DNA of 64,000 bases from Magallana gigas (lineage: Eukaryota), in the NCBI RefSeq assembly GCF_963853765.1, contig NC_088854.1, positions 23,312,001 through 23,376,000 on the forward strand. The letters run 5' to 3'. Positions 53,804-64,000 of the stretch are shown here, piece after piece. A model generated the notes under the pieces. It did no database searches. It was not told the origin of the DNA and saw only the letters and a program-made list of their open reading frames with translations. Positions within the stretch are counted from its first letter, which is position 1; every line of letters starts with the position of its first letter. The translations under genes were made by a program, and so were the position numbers.

Positions 53804-54577
53804 CTAGTAGCTTCCTGCAGGAATGTCGTAATTTTAAAATGAAAGTTTGTATTTTGTGATATTCTATTTCGTAAGTATATGCTAATTGGTAATTTAAATT
53901 AACGTTGAGTATATGACGACCAGAATTCAGTGATTTATTGGTGTTATTTGTCTCATACTAAACAGGTATTTGAGGATGACGAAGAGGAACAAATGCACTT
54001 TATTGACGCGTCTTCTCTCGCCAAAAGTAACTGGCTACGTTACGTCAATTGTGCTAGAAATGTGCATGAAGAAAATGTAAAGCCAATAATATGTGATGGG
54101 TTAGTATTTTACATGGCGACCAAAGATGTCGGGCCCAACACAGAACTATTGACTTGGTATGGAGAAAACGATGGACGGTCGCTTGGAATCACTCGCAGAC
54201 ACCCAGGTACATGTATTATAGGACAATACGTTTATAGCTGTATATAACCTGAACAACAAAAGAAAACTCTTTTATTTAAGTTGACAGTTGCATTTCTAAG
54301 AAACGTAGATTTTTCCTCTTAAAAAATAAAATTTATGATCCCCCGCCTTCTTTTTCTCATTGTAGCTCGTGATTTGGAACTCCGATCAACCAATTATGTG
54401 CGAGTAAAATACAAAAATCCATGTAACCCGGATAATCACTTTGTCCTCTTCGATCCGTTTAACAAGAAAGGGCGGCATATTCAACGAGAGTATGACTACT
54501 CTTATTACACTGGTACAGCGGGACTTCTTCTACCGTTTGTGTGTGAACATAGCCCTGTAGATACCGGTATACACTGA
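51027..54577 (+). CDS. CTLD-PR/SET chimeric gene, copy D, 8 exons, 345 aa
   Basis: Exons 51027-51063 and 51149-51337 (MINKFCFFVFILVLPFSVKS-EKCKVGY..EWCF..EICNKTGG), 51764-51807, 52805-52859, 52996-53063, 53174-53365, 53966-54206, 54366-54577 (short CTLD C-half ending PFVCE). 1038 nt, frame closed. Confidence 0.9.
53719..53802. repeat. (TA)n microsatellite in intron 6 of copy D
   Basis: About 42 TA units. Confidence 0.98.
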
Positions 54578-55199
54578 TTAATGTAGCTCTGTATGCAATG
54601 TCTTGTATTTTGTGCCTTTGAATATCCAATTGAATGGTGTTGAATTAGAAATAAGTTACTAAAGAAAAATAGTCATCATCAAAAAAATCGACTTTAAATG
54701 ATGACGTCGCCGGGCGTCACGGAACACTGAGAAGTGATAACAGTATGCATTCAACTTGGGAAACACAGAATTGTACGATTATGCAAAAATTATGTCAACA
54801 GTTATTTTAAGACTGTTTTATATTACAAATAATCGAATTAATAACATGATATGCATTAGACGATTCCGGCTGCATTATGCATATGACCTTTTTCTAACCT
54901 TGACCTTAGAATAAATTAAATAACTATTAATTAGTTGTTGTGAGTGCTTGTTTTGGATTTTTTTTCACGATCATTAACATACAAATTATTCGCCGATCAT
55001 CAAATCAATACATTGTATGACGCCATACACAAAAACAAGCCAATCTTTGCAAAATTCAGCCAAATTAACCACTATCCGTGGTACATCTCCCATCAAATCT
55101 AGGCGGTCAATTTTGCATTAGTTGCAATGGTAATCAGTTAAACATACAACCATAAGTAAACTACAATTAATTGCATCAATACTCAACAACTTCAAAACA

Positions 55200-56240
55200 T
55201 TTGGCCATGACAAAGCTTATTGTTTCATATTTGAAAAAAAAATCTCTGTCGATGGATGACATGTATTGCAACAATGCATTCTTCAATGAAGTTACATTTA
55301 GTTCATATCCCAAATCAAACAAATGTATACAATCTGTGTACTTGAAATATCAAGATTCTTAACCACAAATGTAGCAAGAGCTGAACTTATTCTAGTTCTC
55401 CAATTTTCTCTATCTTTTTTCGAAAAACATAAAAACCAATTTCTACGTGGCAAGATGTGACCATTAATTAATTGTCGTTGGAAACAGGTTTGTTACGATA
55501 GACACAGTCAACTTCATGTACTTTTGTAGACCCCTCAGTGTATTATGAGGGTTGCCAATATCATTGCAACCACAATGTATTACTAAAAGTGTTGGGTGTC
55601 TTTTATTCTGCTTTAGCATTTCGTTGATTGTCTTTTGGTTGTTGACTGAGACCAAATCATACCCCTAATTCCATACCAAAATATTTTTTTGTTAGTCCCA
55701 AGTTGTCATTGGTTTTTTGTTACGCATATTTCTGAGCCCATTGAATTATAAATGATCACCCGATCATGATATACAATATGATGTTGAATAGCTGATGCAA
55801 GTTCTTTCGTTAAGTTAACAACATTTTTTTCTTTTAATGCAATGGGTACATGAGCCCCAGATGATGATACTATACTATAGAAATGTTCGGGGTTTTTGAT
55901 GTCAAACAAACAATCTGTACCTATATTGGTGCTAAATCCTGCTACCAAAGGCTCGACTGTATTCTAGTTAATGTTGACTGATCCGATATGGTACTTGCCC
56001 TTTCTAGATCAGATAAACAGATGGTTGGACCCCAGGATCTGGCAGACTTTTGGCTTGTTTTATAACTTCTACCTGAAGTCTCGGTAGATGCGACTGAGGA
56101 AGGACCGCTGGAGAATGATATCACAACGTTTGCCACCCGTGTAGACGCCCGGGAGACTACAACAGCTCCCCTTGTCGAAGGTCTGGCATAAGGGCTCTTG
56201 GACTTAGACGTCCTTTTGTTTGCTCTCAACACCTCATGAT
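55200..56240 (-). mobile_element. Decayed DIRS/Ngaro-like retroelement relic: gag 5' part joined to an SGNH-hydrolase ORF
   Basis: Gag-like MLRANKRTSKSKSPYARPSTR.. and SSSGAHVPIALKEK (56232-55830). SGNH blocks MIG*SFIIQWAQKYA (~55770), IFWYGIRGMIW, PTLLVIHCGCNDIG (~55570), WSHILPR, DCIHL (~55320), with several stops and frameshifts. No RT, RNase H or recombinase seen. Confidence 0.65.
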
Positions 56241-58221
56241 ATAAGAAGTTTGAGAAAGAATTACATGTAGTAGGCTACTTTGTAATTATACTATTTTGTT
56301 TACTAAATTAATAATGCTTAAATATACAACAAATAGTTATATTTTTATTCAATTTCATGTATTCATAATTTACCTCTTTAATCTTGGATGTTTTGGATAT
56401 TTTTTTTGGAGACGAATTCATACCACCTATCAACTTTGGGCTATTAAGTGGGAAAAGGAAGAAGCAACTGCCCGGTCATAAAGATGTAATAAATAAGAGT
56501 TATGGATCTTGCAACAATGACAGAACACACAATTGTGCTTCAGATAACCTTTGTTTATCCAGAGATGCTAAACCCTATTATTCGCACATTTGTGTTTAAA
56601 TGCAATGGGGTTTTTTTTGGTAGTTGGAATTGTATTTTAGACATCAAACAGTCCCAAATAAAGTAGAATATGAAAAAAATATGATCGGAACGTCAGATGA
56701 CGTTCGAGGTTTTTCCATACCCTAAACGAAGAGATGTACACGGTTTAAAAAAAAATGAAAGCTTCGAAAAACTTCATGTAACTTAAAATTCTCGAACAAT
56801 TGTGATCAAATAGCCAAGTGGTATATAGAGCCTTTTTGACCTAGTGAAAGGTACTAGAGACTGTTATATATTAGATGTAGATAGGGTATTTTAAATTGTT
56901 TGAACGTTGCTGGCTCTGTGTAGACAAAACCTGTTTTTAAAATTGGGTAACAAGAATACTTTTTCATCAAATGGAATAAAACTTCATATGTCAATAAAAA
57001 TGCATGTTTGTGCATAAATCATTCAATGTGTTAGTTTTAAAGGCTTTCGTGAAAAATAAATGAAAAACAGCGACATTGTCTACTTACGATCAACCCTCAT
57101 ACGTCAATTTGTTCTTCATTTTTTCGTTGGATTCTGGGAAATCAATCTAGAAATTATACGACAAATTAGATGACTTGTCAAATTAAAAATTTTTGATGAA
57201 AGAAGATTAACAAACAAATTTTTTTCTACGTAATTCTAACAGGGTTTTACCGATGAAAAATGTGTTTAGAAGGAGTTGTTGTCTTATTAATGTTACGATT
57301 TTTTAGGATAATATTTAATTCTTCGTTTTCTTGGGTTTCAGACTGGATTTTGGTTTACTGATGAGTTTTGAGTGAAAATTCCACCAGTAGAAATCCATTC
57401 TGAAATCCAAGAAAAAAAAAGAACAGAACGGGTTAGGATTTAATTAGCAAACTATCACTGCATTGTTTATTTATTCATCATAAGAAAAAAATATCTATTG
57501 ATGAGAGTCAGACTCCTTACTTTGGCTTCCGGATTTAAAGTATTTTGGTTTCAATACAGTTGAATTAATCAATGATTGAGATGGTTGACGGTTTGTTATT
57601 ATCAATTTTTCATTACCTAATCTACCGGTATTCAATTTGTATTATCTTTCGTACAAGAAATGAATTCAAATATTTAGAATGTACTTAGATACTAGATCAC
57701 ATGAGATAACTGTTATAAAATTCAATTATTTTTTATTTAATCTATGGGAATACAAACGTACACACATACACGTGTGTAAACAAATGATCGGTTCATACAT
57801 CGATGGAGTTACAGCGTTTGTAACTAAAGAACCCAATCAATACTCAGTACCTTATGAAGTATAATTTTTCAAGGTAACTGTTGTTGAATTTGATATTGTA
57901 ATAATTGTTGTTTGATTGTATCCCTAACCTTTATTTCAATAAAAATGGAATATTTCTCGCTAAAAACTGTTATTTGTAAATCGAAGCAGTCTTTGTTAAC
58001 AAATTTTATAACGCAGCTGTGTCCAAAGTTTATTGATTACCATAAAAGATTTCCTTAAAATTAAATCAATGTCTTTAGTGTGTTTCAATGTATTCACTCT
58101 TGTGTCTATACTAATACGTGTATTTGAAACAAGAGCAGTGTTTGACTGAAATTGATTTTCTTTACTATAAAGGATGTCAATCGACACTGTCCGAATGAGC
58201 AATCTTTTTTAAGGATCTGTT

Positions 58222-61200
58222 ATGAAGACCTTAAATTGTATACTTTTTTACTTTCTTATCAAAATAATAGGTAGGGCTTGGTTTTTGCAAATCCTATTTT
58301 ACGAGTCCTTCGAAAATTATGTTCATTCTTATGCATTGCTGTTTTAAACAGAAGGTAGAAGATGCAAGAAAGGTTTTGACAATATCGGGAACTGGTGTTT
58401 CTCTTTTCATCCGAATGGTGCATCTTTTGTAAAATCTAGTGAGATATGTGGCGAGATCGGAGGCGATTTGGTGGTATTAGATTCACTAGAGAAGGAAGCC
58501 ATGCTGACAGACTATATAGAAGGTTGGTCAAGCAACGAAGCATTTTGACGTAAAATAATTTATTCATTCTTATTTTCATTTTACTTAAAAATTACATAAT
58601 TTTTCTTATTTATTCATCATAATTCGTTACTTGTTAGACAGGTAAATATTTCAGTAAGAAGACTGGATGGTCAACAAATTAACCATCAGATCTGAACTTT
58701 TGAGATATGCTTTTTTTTTGCTGTAGATTTTTAGCTCAACGGGAAATTCGGGTTCACGGCTAGACAATCCGAATTTTCCGAGGAGCTACAAGTATGCAGC
58801 TATTTTTTGTTTACATACAAACTATTAATGATTTAGTAGGGAAAAAATCCATATTTCTTAAATTTAAAATATGGGTACTTTTCTGTATTATCAAGTATTT
58901 TTAATTGAGTTATTCTTCTAAAGGACATCGTTAAAGTCTAAAAATGGCCACGACCATCGAGTCCTCTTATTTATTTGTAAGATCTATATGCCCATATTTA
59001 TACTGCAAACATTGTTTGATTTGTAGCTAAAGGCTTCACATACAAGACGACAGTTTCTAATCGAGAGGTGCTGAATCAGTTTCGTTGGTGGTATTGAACT
59101 GTAATGAAAATGAATGTCAAATTATTTAAAAAACCATATGGTACATTATGTATTTTATTTTACTTCTTTCTCTTTTAATTTCAGGATTTGTTAAAATCTC
59201 ACCATAGATTAAAAGTTGCTGATAAACACGCTGAAAGATGTACGTACACAATAAAATGAATCGATTTCAGAAATCGATAACTCATGTCTCCATTCCCTGT
59301 ATTCGATTAAACAATGGTTGAGAAAAGTCTTGTTATAATTAGTTAAATGATATAAGAAATCATGTATTTTTACTTTTTAATTTCTTAGATTGTGACTTCT
59401 ATAAAAAGTTTAGATGGATTAAACCTACAAAAGAATTGTATATTCCCAATGCTGAGGTAATATTGTAAAAGAGTGAAGCTAATGTACTTTTTTTCAAAAT
59501 TCTATTTCATTTCTCAATGAAATTTCTCGTAGGGGTCTGGACTGGGTTTTACAAAAGAACTTACGACAAAGTCACATGGAATGATCTTTGACGAACAAAA
59601 TATATATAAAACCATTTATTTACAACTATTTTGATTTCCATTATTAAATTTTACAGCCAGAATAATAAAATAATGGTTAGTTTGGGATTAAATAGCATTT
59701 AAAAAAAGTTCTTTTGTAAAACGCAGCCCGAGTCGATTAACTAATGTCCTTTTATGTGAACTGTGTCTATAACGATTTGTCAACTCTGAATTGATAAACA
59801 ATACCTATCCAGAAAAATGGTGTACCCTATATGCAATATTATGTGTGTAAATGACTAAATTCAACAGCTAATACATTTTTCATTAATTATCAAAATATTT
59901 AAATCCAAGTGATATGCAAATCTCTGATATATGTCCAATTGATCTGCAAAACAACTTCGAATTCCTATCTTAAAAACTGAAGGAGGGGTTATCCGTACAC
60001 CAGGGGTAGCCCATTTGCAGTGCTCTGAGAAAAAATGACTAAGTTTAACATCTGGTATTTTTTTTTTCATAAATTATCAAAAATCAAAATCCAAGAAGCA
60101 TGCATGTTTCTGATATATGTCAAATTGATTTGCAAAACATCATGATCACCTTCCTATCTTGAAAATTGTCGGAGGAGTTATCCGTACAATACTGGAGTAA
60201 CCTATATGCAATATTCTGCAAGAAAATTTTCAAGTTTAACAGCTGGTATTTTTTCATAAATATATCAAAAATCATAATTCAAGTAATATACACATCTCTG
60301 ATATACATGTGTATGTACAATTGATCAGCAAAACAACAACTTCCTATCTTGAAAACTGTAGGAGGGGTTATCCGTACAATAGGGATGCCCTTTTAGCAGC
60401 CGCCCGCCCGCCATTTTTACCATTTCATTTATTTTCCTTTGGAAAGCCCGGTTAATAAAATTATTTTAACTGACCTTCATTGTTAAATATTTTCTTGAAA
60501 TGAATTTTACAACTCTGTTATCTTCAAACATAGATCCCAGTGGATTTCGATGAGCTACAGAGGGCCAATTTGACCACGCCCCCTGGTTTCTCGGTCAAGC
60601 TCTCATCTATTCCGGGAGCAGGCCTTGGGGCGTGGACTTCGACACACCTTCCCATCAACAATGTGTTAGGGGTGTATGATGGGGAGGAGTTCATAGACGA
60701 CGGGGAATATATGTATGGATGGATGGTAAGTATCTACATTGTATATGAGGGGCGGCTTGGTGCTGTCCATCTAATTCTTCCTCTCTTCACAAACCGCAGT
60801 GTCTTGTTCTAAACAGCTTTGAAACATAATTATTGACGAAGAGAAATGGTTTTTTTTTTCAAACATGACCTTCAGACTTATTCTAGTAATGGAAAGTTCC
60901 CCAAAAGAATATGTATGGGAAGCTCTTTCAGAATCTTCTTTTTAAGATTGATGCAATTTGATTGACTGTAGATACCATTTCAAACCTTGATCTCTTGATA
61001 ATATGTAGTTTCAAGTTTGTTCACAGCATAACAACCGGTCGACAAATAAAGCGCATTTTTTTTCAAATATTCTTCTCAGAAACTGTGATGTTACAATTAT
61101 TAATCAAGCATTGCCAGAATCGTATGGACTGAATTTCATTCAATAAAGGGTCACTTGAGGCGTTATTTATCCACATTTACATGCTAGGGAAAAATACAGG

Positions 61201-62036
61201 AAAAAATGTTACCCAAAGATAACCCCCGGTTTTTCAAAGGAATTTCCCAAAAATTAATTTATAAACTGTTACTCATTTGACCGATAATACCAATGCAGTG
61301 TATTCTGGGTTATACGTCTCTTCGTATCAAAACCCAGGAAACTTAGTACCTTGAAACTCACATTAAAAAATATTTTGTAGCTAGACAACGTTGATGGTGA
61401 ATTGGCAACCCATTTTGTGGACGCAGGTTCTCCCGCCAAAGGCAACTGGTTAAGATACGTCAACTGCGCCAGAAATGAGCAGGAAGAAAATATCAATGTC
61501 GTCTTTTGTGAAGATTTAGTCTTTTACATTACATCAAAAGACATTGCGCCAAATACTGAGTTGCTTATGTGGTACGGTACTTGGTATGGAAATCTTCTTG
61601 GAATCAAAAGGGTGCACCCAGGTTATTCATTTTGAAGAATTGGTAAAATGGTGTATAAGTCTTAATGTTTAGTGAAATTTTGCCGAATGTGCACTTAATT
61701 GATAAGATCAATCGTTTCTTTGATTAATAAACAGATGACGATTTGGACCTTGATGACGTAATCTACATCCGGGTCAGCAGCTTGAGAAAAACAAGAGACG
61801 GAGACTACTGTTTCCATGACAACACTACTGTGACGTACACAAACTGGATTCCTAAAAGGTTCAATAAAACTCGAGAGCGAGAGTACTGGCAACATGTTTA
61901 CGATCCCTTTGGCTTGTTACTCGCATATTACGACGGAAAATGGAAGTGGGTGTTCGAAAAGGATTACTCTTACTTCACTGGTGATACTGGTCTACTACTC
62001 CCATTTGTTTGTGAAGATAGGTCACATATTAATTGA
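58222..62036 (+). CDS. CTLD-PR/SET chimeric gene, copy E, 8 exons, 372 aa
   Basis: Exons 58222-58270 and 58352-58522 (MKTLNCILFYFLIKIIEG-RRCKKGFDNIGNWCF..EICGEIGGDLVVLDS), 59027-59067, 59185-59239, 59389-59456, 60534-60725, 61381-61621, 61735-62036 (YIRVSSLRKTRDGDYCFHDNTTVTYTNWIP..DGKWKW..LPFVCE). 1119 nt, frame closed. The C-half is the most canonical CTLD of the five. Confidence 0.92.
59790..60420. repeat. ~190-bp tandem array (3+ units) ending in CCGCCCGCCCGCC, in intron 5 of copy E; resembles satellite-carrying Helentron/HINE cores of bivalves
   Basis: CTATCTT(A/G)AAAA(C/T)TG..GGAGG(G/A)GTTATCCGTACA recurs with GGAGG at 59982, 60171 and 60361. Confidence 0.75.
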
Positions 62037-62598
62037 TTTTAACAACCTATGAAGTAGCTAAAATTATAATTGTGAATAGCATTTACATGTTACCATTCTG
62101 TTCTGTATAGATGACATGCAGAATTTAAAAATTCAGAAAATATTGTTGTTAGTACCTGTATCACATTTCTGTATAGAATTAAAGTTAACGTGGAAATTAT
62201 AGAAACGAAGAATAACAATTCAGTACCTGAATAAATATTGATACACACATTGCTGATGTTAGTATTTTGACTCAACATCCATTGAATTGCAGATCTTTGA
62301 AGATATAATAAACAAGGAATGCGTTATCATCTTGAACTTGTTATTTATTTAGTATCCAGGATTCTGTTTGTGGCAGTTTGTTTTGGATGGAAGTTTTTTT
62401 TTCTTGTAAGTGGTATTGGTACATTGAATGAGATTTTTATATCTATAGTCTTGATGTTTAGGACTACAGTAGGTGCGTGATGATGTGTTTTCGCGTTTTG
62501 TTGACGTCAACCTCTGGTTACGTCTTTAGACTTTTCAAATCGCATATGATAGATGTAAGGTAAGAAAATAATTATTTATTTACTGTTATAGGGAAATG

Positions 62599-62846
62599 CA
62601 TGCACGGATCTAGAGGAGTTAGGGTCCCAAATTTAAATTAATTTGAATTTTCCTTGTGAGGTGTCCGGAACCCCCCCCCCCCCCCCCCCCCCATCCAGCC
62701 CCCTTCAAATTTATTAAATTCACATTTACGTACATTTATATAAAAAAATAATAAATTCAACGTTATTGACAAAATCCTCGTACCCCCTGGCAAAAACAAA
62801 TAAACCTTGCCCCCTCCCCCTGAAAAAAAATTCTGGATCCGCACAG
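62599..62846. mobile_element. Short MITE-like element with C-rich core
   Basis: Imperfect TIR CATGCACGGATCTAG ... CTGGATCCGCACAG flanking a ~21-nt C run. Confidence 0.5.
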
Positions 62847-63399
62847 GAGATGTGTTATGTATTATATTTGATTGTAGGCTACACGAATAGACATGCCTTG
62901 AACACCCAGTCCAATTTGGGCTCACTGTCACTGTTTGAATGTAAGAGACGTTTCACAGTAAGTTGACTTTTCAGAAGAAATAACTTTCCACACAAAAATC
63001 AAGAAGGGAAAATATATATAACTGTTGCCATTTTTAACATACATGTAAAAAGAAAAGATGAAAAATGAAGAATAATTCATGTTTTCCATTCGTTTGTAAG
63101 GTGTTTTTAACATAGAACCAAGTAAAAACGTTAAAATGACGTTGCGATGAGTTTGTGGTTGCGCCGAGTCATTGGAAGTAGGCAACTTTGTTAGCTTACC
63201 ACGAATGAAAAAATAATATGTTATTAACTTCAAAATTTGTACATTAATAAATGACATACTGGTTATTTTCTGGTGAAATTTCAATGATTTTCTCGTATAT
63301 ATGACAAAAATTCATTTATAGTCTGTTCCATGTTAGATTATCATCATTTTCTGCTGAATTTTCACCAGAAAACACCGGCATAACGTGTTACCACTCAAA

Positions 63400-64000
63400 G
63401 AAGTACATGTACAATTGAAATCGATACAAGGGGACAAAATCCAAAACTTCTTCATAAACACTTCATCTATTTTTACCCTTAACAAATCTACATGAACGAA
63501 ATCAAATTTCTTACGGAGATTTATGATAATCGGGATCGACACCTCGCATATTTTTTCAACGTTATCATCCGGGGACTTTTTGTGTCGATTGCATGCAAAA
63601 TCCCCGTAGACTTTGATTAAAACCTAAGACCTTTCAAACCAGAAATCTGGACCTTTTTCATTCTGTGGTCTGTCCTAGGTAATTACTTCCCCCAACTTTT
63701 TGACTTTTAACGTAAATACACATACTTGTCAAAGAAGTAAAATTGAAATCGATATATAAGGTTGAGAATTCAAGATTTCTTCATTGAAAGTTTATCTATT
63801 TTTACCCGGTGAAATTAACATAAACAAAAACAAATTTCTTACGGAGATTTATAATGGGAAATGTTAACATCTTTTTTTCCGTTCGGAATTACTGGGAACG
63901 CATCGCACAATTTCTTAACGTTATCATCCGGGTGTTTTTATGTCTGCTGCAATTCAAAATCCCCGTAGACTCTCTATTTTTGGTTGTGTATTGAAGCCTG
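63400..64000 (+). repeat. Two tandem ~330-bp units of the dispersed repeat family; runs off the right edge
   Basis: AAATTTCTTACGGAGATTTAT at ~63505 and ~63833; CAAAATCCCCGTAGACT at ~63596 and ~63956. Confidence 0.75.

Noticed and set aside
1-64000. tRNA, rRNA or other structured ncRNA genes
   Set aside because: None recognised by eye; tRNAscan-SE and Infernal would be needed to exclude them.

Overview
AT-rich, intron-containing animal genomic DNA, not prokaryotic. The repeat types suggest a bivalve such as an oyster (inference). Genes were rebuilt by hand from GT-AG exons because the ORF track fragments them. (1) 34.2-62.0 kb, + strand: five tandem paralogues of an 8-exon gene. Each encodes a signal peptide, the N-half of a C-type lectin-like domain (CTLD), an inserted cassette with a complete PRDM9/7-type PR/SET domain, and then the CTLD C-half. 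Four copies give closed frames of 345-372 aa; the fifth is interrupted only by an assembly gap. All keep the three PRDM9-equivalent catalytic tyrosines, and the insert is flanked by phase-1 introns. A predicted secreted lectin-fold protein hosting a histone-methyltransferase-type domain is the main candidate novel system. (2) 2.8-31.8 kb, - strand: a 5-exon family of ~230-aa predicted secreted proteins (two intact copies, one pseudogene), head-to-head with the first array. (3) Transposon debris: Ty3/Gypsy pol, a Harbinger carrying a permuted BEL/Pao gag fragment, TTAA-flanked Kolobok-type elements, two Helentron-type HINEs, a TA-flanked foldback element with a 21-bp array, a DIRS/Ngaro-like gag+SGNH relic, satellites and microsatellites. 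There are two N gaps.
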